Below, piece by piece: positions 30,283-39,353 of a stretch of DNA of 64,000 nt (position 1 is the first letter of the stretch; every line of letters starts with the position of its first letter). Both the position numbers and the translations under genes were made by a program. The stretch is from the NCBI GenBank assembly GCA_038206355.1, contig JBBRAY010000014.1, positions 6,852 to 70,851 of the forward strand, written 5' to 3'. The stretch is from Bacteroidia bacterium (GTDB lineage: Bacteria; Bacteroidota; Bacteroidia; AKYH767-A; 2013-40CM-41-45). A model generated the notes under the pieces. That model saw nothing but the letters and a program-made list of their open reading frames with translations. It was not told the DNA's origin and searched no databases.

Positions 30283-32814
30283 TTACTCAATTATCAGTTT
30301 AGCCCGGTACTGTTTCTCATTGACGGATACCACTGCAAAATAAATTCCTGAAGAAAGTGAATGCACGTCCACTTCATTTGTAAGTGCGTTGTTCACTAAC
30401 GATAGACAAACCTGCAAAACTTTTTCGCCTGTAACATTATACACTGTTAATTCTCCGGCGATATTTCCTTTATCAGCTACAATGAATCTGATTTTGTCTT
30501 TTGATGGGTTTGGATAAATCTTTAATCCGTCACCCGCATTTTCATGAAATGCAATTCCTGTTTGCGTCATGTCCCCGACCTTCATTCCATTTCCAAAACT
30601 ACTCACCCATATTTTAGTGCTGTCATACGGATTAAAAAAAATACGGTGCGGTTGCCGGAAAATATAACTCAGTACCGGTTGAAATGTCGGGGCTGAGGAA
30701 TTGATGTCGGTACTCACCAGCAGACCATCTGTTTCAGTAGCCACAAAAAGTTGATTCGCATTTGCCGGATTAAACGTAACTGAAGTAACCCCTTCAATCG
30801 AATTCAATCTTATCCAGGTAATTCCCCTGTCAGTCGTTTTGTATAAGCCCCCGAGTCCGTTCGGCGGACCACCCCAGCCATTGTATGCACCGGCGTACCA
30901 GGTATTCTGCGCAGCATCATTCGGGTCGGCAACCACATCCTGCGTCCAGTAAAATAAATTCGCATCACTCCGGTCGCTCCATTGCTGTGAAACAGGATTG
31001 TAAATAAACACACCTGAACTTTGTGTAAATACACCATTCGGATTTCTTCTTGCACTAAATGAACAGAGTACTGATCCGTCATTCAATACCTGTATGTTTC
31101 CCGGATGTCCTTCCGTTCTTGGTGGTTGCGTAAGGCGTGTCCACGTTGATGCCGCACCAAGATTGATGTCATTGGAAATCCAGATACCGCCCAGGTTTGC
31201 GCTGTTGTTCACCACACTTGCATACATGCGGTTTGCATTTCCGGGATCGGTTGCAATCCAGTAAACAGGATGTAAAAAGTTGTGAAGCTCCTGCCACGTG
31301 CTTCCGTCATTGGTGCTGAATAAAACTTTACCTGTTGCATTGGCACCGTCCAGAATATTATCCTGGAGCCGCGTACTCTGATACATATCATGGATGGAAG
31401 ATGTAGCGGCATACAAGGTACTGTTCGATATATTTTTTGCAAAACGATAAGCTGTATTTGTGTTAATGCCTGTGTAATTAAACGACCACGTTTCACCGCC
31501 GTCATCACTTCGTACTGCTGTAATATCACTGTAAGCACTCAGCAGATGAGTCTGATCAAGCCAGAAAATCTGCCAGCAGGTAGTGTTCTCTATTCCGCTG
31601 CTGTGATAGTATTGAAACTGCGGTGAATTATTTCCTGCCGGATGCTGATCTCCTGCATTGAGATATGCCTGCTGCCAGGAAGACCCACCATCGCTCGTCT
31701 TATGCACGCATGAGAAATCGGAAATTATTACTTTGGAAGAATTAAATCGCGCAACAGAAATTCCAAATACGCATTCCGGAAATCCCCAGCCGTGATCCCC
31801 GCCTGAACCACACCATCCCGTTGCAATATTTTGATTTGATGAAACCTGAAAAACGTGGTTCCACTGATTGTTTATGCTTGTCCACTTCATCACATTCGGT
31901 TCACCGAAATCAGTTGAACCTGCCAGATAAGCAGTGCCGGTATCATTTGCAGCCATGGCTACATACATCAGAAAATCCTGCGCCATATTAATTCCGGAAA
32001 TTCTGCTTGTCCAGGAATTGCTGCCATAATCCATGCTGTAAATGCCTTGCACAAAATCATAATAGTTGGAACCGACAATACCAACATATATATCCCCCGA
32101 AAGTCCGGTCAGAATAAAAAAGCGTGTAACCGTTCCAACCTTTGCCCCTGCAAAAGAAAATATTTGTTCGCCTGAAGTAATTCCCGAAGATGCATCAGTG
32201 TTAAATGATGTCCCTCCATTTGTGCTTACCAGCAATCCGTCATTGGTGCCGATATAAATATTTTGCCCGTCAAAGAAAACTCCTCCCACTACTATTCCTG
32301 CGCCGGTATTCAAACAGTCATGAATATCAGCAAATGTATTTCCTCCGTCATTACTTAGAAAAATTGAACCGTAGTAAGAAATGATAACGCGGTCAGGATT
32401 GTTGTAGTCGGCATTGATAGTGAAGGTCTCTTCAGTACCATCGGGATTTCCGGCAAGCACATTCCATGTCAGTCCGCCATCTGTACTTTTCACCGGCACC
32501 ACAGCGTTGTTGCTGTAATCAATTGTGTATCGGATGCCGGCGTTATTTGTAAAAACAACTTTGGTATTTATCCCTGCCTGCAATTTTCTGAAGTCACTCT
32601 GGTTGTAACTCATTCCATAATCTGACGAATGAAATAGTTCCGTCATGTCGCAAGCCACATAATATTCATCTTCATTTACCGGATTAATGGCCGGAGAAAA
32701 TAAGGCGCCACCACCGCCCACACCTCGCGAAGTAAATGATGCCGGATATTGTGCATTGCATAGCAGTGATACGAATAGCGCAATTGGCAAAATAAGAGTA
32801 GTGATTGATTTCAT
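30283..32814 (-). CDS. BNR/Asp-box repeat (sortilin / GH74-like) secreted protein with T9SS CTD
   Basis: Seven or more S-x-D-G-G-x-T/S-W/F Asp-box motifs (STDGGLTWN, SNDGGNTF, STNGGTSF, TSDGGSSWQ, SDDGGETWS, STNDGSTWQ, TTDRGITW). Signal peptide from ATG 32814. C-terminal T9SS tail. Confidence 0.7.
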   Translation of the reverse strand: MKSITTLILPIALFVSLLCNAQYPASFTSRGVGGGGALFSPAINPVNEDEYYVACDMTELFHSSDYGMSYNQSDFRKLQAGINTKVVFTNNAGIRYTIDYSNNAVVPVKSTDGGLTWNVLAGNPDGTEETFTINADYNNPDRVIISYYGSIFLSNDGGNTFADIHDCLNTGAGIVVGGVFFDGQNIYIGTNDGLLVSTNGGTSFNTDASSGITSGEQIFSFAGAKVGTVTRFFILTGLSGDIYVGIVGSNYYDFVQGIYSMDYGSNSWTSRISGINMAQDFLMYVAMAANDTGTAYLAGSTDFGEPNVMKWTSINNQWNHVFQVSSNQNIATGWCGSGGDHGWGFPECVFGISVARFNSSKVIISDFSCVHKTSDGGSSWQQAYLNAGDQHPAGNNSPQFQYYHSSGIENTTCWQIFWLDQTHLLSAYSDITAVRSDDGGETWSFNYTGINTNTAYRFAKNISNSTLYAATSSIHDMYQSTRLQDNILDGANATGKVLFSTNDGSTWQELHNFLHPVYWIATDPGNANRMYASVVNNSANLGGIWISNDINLGAASTWTRLTQPPRTEGHPGNIQVLNDGSVLCSFSARRNPNGVFTQSSGVFIYNPVSQQWSDRSDANLFYWTQDVVADPNDAAQNTWYAGAYNGWGGPPNGLGGLYKTTDRGITWIRLNSIEGVTSVTFNPANANQLFVATETDGLLVSTDINSSAPTFQPVLSYIFRQPHRIFFNPYDSTKIWVSSFGNGMKVGDMTQTGIAFHENAGDGLKIYPNPSKDKIRFIVADKGNIAGELTVYNVTGEKVLQVCLSLVNNALTNEVDVHSLSSGIYFAVVSVNEKQYRAKLIIE

Positions 32815-32971
32815 TTGAGAGCGGTTTGAAGTTTGTCGTTTTTCAGAACATCCAAATGTAAAGAGAAGATTGATATAAAAATTGGAAATCCGGCTAACCA
32901 CAAAAGAAGGAAATGAATAAAAAAAATCCCGATCACTTTAAGCCACCGGGATTTTAATATGATGATAGAAA

Positions 32972-33727
32972 TTAATCTTTCAGAATCAACCGCTGTGTAA
33001 ATTCTGCTTTATCAGATTTACAACGGATCACATAAATTCCTTTACTCAGCGACGAAAGATCAGCTTTTTGGTGCAGGCCGGTCATTACAAATGATTTTAC
33101 TGTTACACCAAGCATATTCATCACTGTTACAGTGCAATTTGAAAATAATGAATTTGCATTGATAGTTATCATTCCTGTTGATGGATTCGGATAAACAGAT
33201 GTTATTGCTGCGACAGGAGTTTGGCCAACTGATACAGGTCCGTCGGTTGCACAAAAATCATCGAAGGCAACATTACCCAAGGATTTATGATAAAAGAACC
33301 TGACATTGGTTGCTCCCGAATGCAAAGCATATTGGCGATACATTCCTGTTGTATTGACAGGATTAATAGTTGCCAAAGGCGAATAGTTGGTCCCGTCAGG
33401 TGAATCATAAACGTAGAAGGCGCTCAAAGAATCGGTGCCGTTTCCTTTCATCCAGAAATTAATGTAAGTGGCTCCGGAAATATTTGGAGTAATCATTGTT
33501 GCACTGTCCACTCCGAACTTGTATGAATTAGGGCCACTCAACCCTGAACTCTGAGTAGAAGTATAGTAACTGAATGACGAATGGTAGCTGATGATAAAGC
33601 CATTGTAAACACCTGATGCTGCAGTTAGTGAATCATAAGCATTGAAGTCCTCACATAAAATATTATTCTGTGCCTTCGTTGAATAAGCAGCACAAAAAAT
33701 AGTAACCAATAGTAGAATTTTTTTCAT
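32972..33727 (-). CDS. small secreted protein with T9SS CTD (paralogous CTD to 33898..34770)
   Basis: Signal peptide. The C-terminal 70 aa are near-identical in pattern to the neighbour's CTD (…SNCTVTVMNMLG…SLSKGIYVIRCKSDKAEFTQRLILKD). Confidence 0.6.
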   Translation of the reverse strand: MKKILLLVTIFCAAYSTKAQNNILCEDFNAYDSLTAASGVYNGFIISYHSSFSYYTSTQSSGLSGPNSYKFGVDSATMITPNISGATYINFWMKGNGTDSLSAFYVYDSPDGTNYSPLATINPVNTTGMYRQYALHSGATNVRFFYHKSLGNVAFDDFCATDGPVSVGQTPVAAITSVYPNPSTGMITINANSLFSNCTVTVMNMLGVTVKSFVMTGLHQKADLSSLSKGIYVIRCKSDKAEFTQRLILKD

Positions 33728-33897
33728 ATTATATTAATTGTTTTGAACGTGCGAAGATAGGCGTTAACCCTGATGTAAAAAAGGGATTTTAGAATAGAGG
33801 TTTCTTCCCTATTCTAACCATTACTGATAAAATGAACTATTTGTCCGGCACTTAAAAAATACCGGTCTTGGAAAAAGACTAAAGCAACAATCAAAAA

Positions 33898-34770
33898 TTA
33901 ATCCTTAAGTATGATTCTTTGCGTGTTTACGGATTTCTCTGAACGGAAACGGATGAGGTAAACTCCCTTTGCCAGTGAAGAAAGATCAATTGATTTATCG
34001 CCTTTATTTAAATCGGTAAACTGAAATGTCATCATTTCATTACCAAGCATATTCAAAACAGTCACCTTACATGAATTAAATAAATAATTGATGCTGCTGA
34101 TAGAAATGATTCCTTTTGAGGGGTTCGGAAAAATATTGATCGCATTCTTAACAAAAATGTTTTGAACGTTTATCGGCTGGCAACCCGTGCTTGTATCAAC
34201 ATTGGCGGCTCCCGGAGTAATACATGCACGATGAAAATCTGTTGAGTCATCACCTGTTCCATTCCCATCAGGATACCTTGAAATTCCAACGAATGCAGTA
34301 TTCCCTGTATCGCTTTGTGCGAGTGGAATACCATTCCCGCTTGCATATGGAGAACTGCAGGTGCCTTCATAGCTTACCGCTCCGAAAACAGTTAAGGTAT
34401 TGTTGTCGCGAAGCGCTACTGCATCAGGAGATCCGTTCTGAATCATATTTGTCGCAGGCCCATGAACCATATTGCAATTCGGAACCATTCCGCCGCTGTT
34501 GCAAATCACAAAAAATGCACCGGGGGCGAGTGATTGGGCAGGCAATGGAATCGAATCATAAATACCTCCCGAGGAAAGACTTCCGTTAAAAAGTATGACG
34601 GTATAGTCGCCAAGATTTATCGCAGTATTGCCCTTGTTGTACAACTCAATAAACTCAGCGCTGTCAGATCCCGGTTGGTCATAATCAATTTCATTGATGC
34701 ACAGACTTTGTGCATCTGACTTTGTAAATGCAAGCAATGAAATGAGAAGTATCGTAAAGGTTTTTTTCAT
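33898..34770 (-). CDS. lamin-tail-domain (LTD) protein with T9SS CTD
   Basis: LTD signature at the N-terminus (LCINEIDYDQPGSDSAEFIELYNKG). Signal peptide. C-terminal T9SS tail ending QRIILKD. Confidence 0.65.
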   Translation of the reverse strand: MKKTFTILLISLLAFTKSDAQSLCINEIDYDQPGSDSAEFIELYNKGNTAINLGDYTVILFNGSLSSGGIYDSIPLPAQSLAPGAFFVICNSGGMVPNCNMVHGPATNMIQNGSPDAVALRDNNTLTVFGAVSYEGTCSSPYASGNGIPLAQSDTGNTAFVGISRYPDGNGTGDDSTDFHRACITPGAANVDTSTGCQPINVQNIFVKNAINIFPNPSKGIISISSINYLFNSCKVTVLNMLGNEMMTFQFTDLNKGDKSIDLSSLAKGVYLIRFRSEKSVNTQRIILKD

Positions 34771-34846
34771 GGATCCTGATATTAGATATTTAGCTTGTCA
34801 AAAATAGAGATAAAGAATCGGGTATCAAATAATATTTCAGCCCCCG

Positions 34847-35440
34847 CTACTTGTTATTAAAATCACTCATTGTCCTGTCAACACCGATGCCGATAAAGCT
34901 TTTTATCATTTTTATGCTTTGGTCAATTCTTTCAGGAAGCACTTTTTCTTCTTCAGTATTCCATTTGCCAAGTACGTAATTAACTTGGTGGCCCTTTGAA
35001 AACTCACTTCCAATTCCGAACCGCAGCCTGGAGAACTCACTCGTATTGAGGACAGCAATTATATCAGTGAGTCCGTTGTGCCCGCCGTCGCTGCCCTTTT
35101 TTTTCAGCCTTAACGTGCCAAAAGGCAAAGCAAGGTCATCTGTTACAATCAATAAATTTCTGAACGGAATTTTTTCTTCCTGCATCCAGTAATTCACGGC
35201 CTTTCCACTCAGGTTCATAAATGTTGTCGGCTTGATAATCGTAATCCGGTTTCCTTTAAACCGCGACTGGTTCACGTCGGCGTATCGTCCCGACTGGAAT
35301 AGTTTAATGGAATTTTTTTTCTCCTCTTCCTTTTGAAAGGACAAAGCAAGTTCTTCGACTACATTGAATCCGATATTGTGACGCGTGTTTTCATAGTCGT
35401 CACCGATATTTCCCAAACCAACAATCAGAAATTTTTCCAT
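34847..35440 (-). CDS. pth: peptidyl-tRNA hydrolase
   Basis: MEKFLIVGLGNIG...HNIGF N-terminal signature. 197 aa. Confidence 0.9.
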   Translation of the reverse strand: MEKFLIVGLGNIGDDYENTRHNIGFNVVEELALSFQKEEEKKNSIKLFQSGRYADVNQSRFKGNRITIIKPTTFMNLSGKAVNYWMQEEKIPFRNLLIVTDDLALPFGTLRLKKKGSDGGHNGLTDIIAVLNTSEFSRLRFGIGSEFSKGHQVNYVLGKWNTEEEKVLPERIDQSIKMIKSFIGIGVDRTMSDFNNK

Positions 35441-35757
35441 TCAACTATTTTATCAATAAGGTTCTTCAATACTTTATAATTTCTACTTCGTGCTTTTTAG
35501 GTCGCATTAAAATTCGTGAATCTATCACTGGTATTCATTTGTGCAAATTAGTGCATTTAGTGGCATCTGATTTCAGGATTAAGAAATGGATTTCTCCGGA
35601 GAACCTTTTGCTTCTTCGGAGTTTTAAGCAAATAGTTTTCATCTACCCGAAATAGATTATCGGTTCCAACTGAATGGGTCATTTCTACTTGTCTGGCTTA
35701 TTATTTTAGTCCTTAATTTTCCTTTTAAAAATTTAAGCGCAAATAAAAAATTTTCCT

Positions 35758-35794
35758 TAAAAAAAACGCCTCCATTCGGTTGAATGAAGGCGTT
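35758..35794 (-). terminator. rho-independent terminator downstream of rplY
   Basis: On the minus strand: aacgccttcattcaaccgaatggaggcgtt followed by an 8-T run. Lies 19 nt past the rplY stop. Confidence 0.7.
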
Positions 35795-35812
35795 TCCTTA
35801 TTTAAAAGAATA

Positions 35813-36481
35813 TTATTTCTTCTTTTCATCTTTTGCCGGAGCTGCCTTAGCATCAGCTGCCGGTGCTGCTGCGGCTGCTCCTTCAGCAGGAGCTGCACCT
35901 TCGGTAGAAGCAACTGCAACAGGTGTTTCTTCAACAACTGTGCGTGCAGTTTTAACAGCTACAATCGCTGCTGCGGGAATGTCGAGAAAGGTAACCCCTT
36001 CAAGTGCCATATCACGTACACGTATCGTTTGTCCGATTTGCATTTCATCAATGATTAGTTCAAACTGATCCGGAAGATCTTTTGGTAATGCGGAAATTTT
36101 CAACTTGCGCATCTTGTGCAGCAACTGACCGCCGGCACGAACACCGACAGACGTTCCCTTCAGACGTACAGGTATTTCAACAGTTACTTTTTTGTCGTCA
36201 GCGACTTCGAGAAAGTCGATGTGAAGCAGACGATCATTCACTGTATTAAACTGAAGTTCTTTCATGACAGCGCGGCGTGTTACACCTTCAATGTCAATGT
36301 CCACCAGAAAAACATCGGGTGTGTACACTAATTTTTTAAGAGATAAGGCCGGTACACTGAAGTGGACTTGTTCTTTTCCACCGTACAGCACACACGGAAC
36401 CATACCCTCTGCCCGCAGGGACCTTGTCTCCTGTTTTGTCTGGGCTGCTCTGAGAGCTCCTGTGATTGCTAATGATTTCAT
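35813..36481 (-). CDS. rplY: 50S ribosomal protein L25 / general stress protein Ctc, with Ala/Lys-rich C-terminal tail
   Basis: N-terminus (LRAEGMVPCVLYGG) matches the L25/Ctc family. The prs–rplY–pth gene order is conserved in bacteria. Confidence 0.85.
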   Translation of the reverse strand: MKSLAITGALRAAQTKQETRSLRAEGMVPCVLYGGKEQVHFSVPALSLKKLVYTPDVFLVDIDIEGVTRRAVMKELQFNTVNDRLLHIDFLEVADDKKVTVEIPVRLKGTSVGVRAGGQLLHKMRKLKISALPKDLPDQFELIIDEMQIGQTIRVRDMALEGVTFLDIPAAAIVAVKTARTVVEETPVAVASTEGAAPAEGAAAAAPAADAKAAPAKDEKKK

Positions 36482-36547
36482 TTTTTAATTTAGATTTGAA
36501 ATTTACTTTGAGAATATATAACTATTTTTTTTTATTCTATTGTCTAT

Positions 36548-37483
36548 TCAATTCACTAAAAATATCTGGCTGATACTTTCATAAACATATACCCTTCGGA
36601 TAATTCGTGCAAAAAGTTCAGCAGTAGAAACTACTTTAATTTTATCTGACTTTTGTTTAAGCGGAATCGTATCACTCACAATCAATTCCGTAAGTTTTGA
36701 TTTATTGATCCTGTCATATGCATTACCTGATAATACAGGATGTGTACAGCATGCACGTACACTGTTTGCGCCTTTGTCAAATAACATTTCTGCGGCTTTA
36801 GTCAATGTTCCTGCTGTATCGCAGATGTCATCTACGAGCAGAATATCCCTTCCTTCAACATCTCCGATTACACTCATACCTTCAATTACATTCGCTTTGC
36901 GCCGTACTTTATCGCAGATCACCATTTCAGCATTGAAATATTTCGAGTATCCACGGGCGCGGTGAACACCACCCATATCAGGTGCAGCAATCGTTAAGTT
37001 CGGCAACTTCAACGATTCGATATAAGGAACAAATAAAGATGAAGCATCCAGATGATCAACGGGAACATCAAAGAATCCTTGTATTTGCGGAGCATGCAGA
37101 TCCATTGTCATCACACGCGTTACGCCTGCAGCACTTAGCAGATTGGCTACAAGTTTCGCTGCTATGGCGACCCTCGGTTTATCTTTCCTGTCGCTGCGCG
37201 CAAACCCGAAATACGGAATAACAGCAGTAATATAATGTGCTGAGGCCCTTCTGGCAGCGTCAATGAGCAGCAATAATTCCATCAGGTTGTCGCTGGGCGC
37301 AAATGTGCTCTGGATGATGAATACATCAACACCCCTCACACTTTCATCAAAACTGGGAGAAAACTCACCGTCACTGAATGGCTGTACGTTTACTTTGCCA
37401 AGTTCCTGTCCATATGTGGCAGCAATTTCTTCAGCAAGATATCGTGTAGCACGACCGGAGAATAATTTAACCTCGTTTTCCAT
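36548..37483 (-). CDS. prs: ribose-phosphate pyrophosphokinase
   Basis: 311 aa. PRPP-binding motif DLHAPQIQGFFD and PRTase motif LLVDDICDTAGTL. Confidence 0.9.
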   Translation of the reverse strand: MENEVKLFSGRATRYLAEEIAATYGQELGKVNVQPFSDGEFSPSFDESVRGVDVFIIQSTFAPSDNLMELLLLIDAARRASAHYITAVIPYFGFARSDRKDKPRVAIAAKLVANLLSAAGVTRVMTMDLHAPQIQGFFDVPVDHLDASSLFVPYIESLKLPNLTIAAPDMGGVHRARGYSKYFNAEMVICDKVRRKANVIEGMSVIGDVEGRDILLVDDICDTAGTLTKAAEMLFDKGANSVRACCTHPVLSGNAYDRINKSKLTELIVSDTIPLKQKSDKIKVVSTAELFARIIRRVYVYESISQIFLVN

Positions 37484-37682
37484 TTATTTCACTAAGAATT
37501 ACGAATTTAAGGGCTTGTTTTTCGGGACGCAAAGAAAAGAAAATAGGCAGAGCAGGCAAAAAATATTTTAGGATAAACGGATTATAATTCCTGAAATTTT
37601 TCGAAAATGAATACCCTGAAGACATGTGTAATAACTGAAACGGTTGGTTTTTTAGTAGATTTGAAAAATTAATCATTACTCA

Positions 37683-39203
37683 ATGAAATACCGGTTATCC
37701 ATACTTTTATTCGCCTGCTCACTCTGGCTCCAATCCCCTGCACAAATCCTTTGTATTATGTGTTATGACCAGAATGATTCTATCAGTTCCGGGGTAAATA
37801 ACCTCCTGCTGAACGGGAGTTTTGAAAACAGCAACTGCGCTTCGGGCTATATCCTCGATGTTTTCTGTCCGAATTCCAGCTATTATTCATGTAACCTGGA
37901 TAACTGGATATGTACCGGTGGCGGCAGCCAGACCTATATATGCGTGTTTGACAGCACCCCCGGAACCCGGTCTACTCTTGTTGATGGAAACTATGCTGTG
38001 TACATGGGAAATTATTTTTGTTCGCCATGCTCGCCGTCAACCGGAGATACCTCATGCTTTACAATGACTGATTGTGAACTGTCCGGAATACCACCGGGAT
38101 TTCCCACACATGACGCTGTGTACGGTGGGAACGTTGGAGTAAGTATTGAACAAACTGTTACCGGGCTTACAATCGGCAACACGTATGTGCTTGAATTCTG
38201 GGCTGGAGGCGAGAACAATCTGAATAATTTTGTTAGTTCCGGTATGTTTGCTGTGGATGTTGGATTTGGTAATTCTTTGTTGCGATGCCACGAAACTCCT
38301 TATGGAACAGGTGTTGGAACGAGGTTCATTATTGAGTTCAATGCAACATCGTCATCACATACTATTAAATTTACAAGCTGGGGTCATGTTTGTTCAAGTT
38401 GTACAGAGGCAGTTATAGATCAGGTCCGTTTGTATACGATTGCTGAGCTGAACCCTTCCATTCCGCCATGTGCGGGCTCTACAATCGCCGCTTTATTTAC
38501 AGCCCCCAATCATATTTGTCCGGGTACCTGCACCGATTTTACTAACCTCTCTGTAAATGCAACAAGTTTTCTTTGGTCATTTCCGGGTGCTGTTCCCAAT
38601 ACGAGCATTGATGTAAACCCGACCGGTATATGCTACAATACGCCCGGAAATTATGCCGTAACTTTAATTGCAGATAATGCCATTGGCAGTGATACACTTA
38701 CTTTGAACAATTACATGACGGTATTTCCGTTTCCGCCTCCGCAGGGAATCGCACAAAGCGGCGATACATTATTCGCAAACGCAGGTGCCATAAGTTACCA
38801 ATGGTATTTTGGCGGAAATATTATCCCCGGAGCAACAGATTTTTTTTATGTAGCCACTCAAAGCGGAGATTACGGTGTTGTTGCAACAGACTTAAATAAT
38901 TGCGAGGTGGAAGCCGTAATTAATGATGTGGTTGCAGAAGTAGAAAATACTGTGTCAGATAATGAGTTGCAGATTTTCCCTAATCCGACACAGGGGAAAC
39001 TCGAAATCAGACATTTGAAAAAAGGAAAGCAGGCAAAAATTTCAGTTTATGATTTACCGGGGAAGATGGTATTTACGGGTTATTTAAATGGTGCTGATTT
39101 CCGAAACCCGACTGTTGATTTTACATTTCTTCCACCCGGTATTTATATCGCCAGGATTTCTGATCCTGATCGGTCGCTCAGGTTTCGGTTTATTAAGCAA
39201 TAA
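37683..39203 (+). CDS. Cys-rich secreted protein with PKD domain and T9SS CTD
   Basis: Signal peptide. PKD-like segment (FTNLSVNATSFLWSFPGAVPN...GNYAVTLIADNAIGSD). C-terminal QIFPNPTQGKL...GIYIARI tail. Confidence 0.6.
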   Translation: MKYRLSILLFACSLWLQSPAQILCIMCYDQNDSISSGVNNLLLNGSFENSNCASGYILDVFCPNSSYYSCNLDNWICTGGGSQTYICVFDSTPGTRSTLVDGNYAVYMGNYFCSPCSPSTGDTSCFTMTDCELSGIPPGFPTHDAVYGGNVGVSIEQTVTGLTIGNTYVLEFWAGGENNLNNFVSSGMFAVDVGFGNSLLRCHETPYGTGVGTRFIIEFNATSSSHTIKFTSWGHVCSSCTEAVIDQVRLYTIAELNPSIPPCAGSTIAALFTAPNHICPGTCTDFTNLSVNATSFLWSFPGAVPNTSIDVNPTGICYNTPGNYAVTLIADNAIGSDTLTLNNYMTVFPFPPPQGIAQSGDTLFANAGAISYQWYFGGNIIPGATDFFYVATQSGDYGVVATDLNNCEVEAVINDVVAEVENTVSDNELQIFPNPTQGKLEIRHLKKGKQAKISVYDLPGKMVFTGYLNGADFRNPTVDFTFLPPGIYIARISDPDRSLRFRFIKQ

Positions 39204-39353
39204 TCCGGTAACCTTGTGGTAATACTACGGATAAATTGAATCTATTCACCCTCGGAAAACGGCTGCTTACAATAAGTTTGCGTAAAAGTTGATTTTGTCC
39301 AATATTGCAACTTTATTTTTTGCTATATTAGCACGCCTAACAGGAGTATTACT

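Noticed and set aside
35441-35812. An unusually long 370-bp pth–rplY spacer as a possible ncRNA or leader
   Set aside because: Apart from the clear rplY terminator hairpin, no convincing structure or repeat was seen. Probably terminator plus promoter space.
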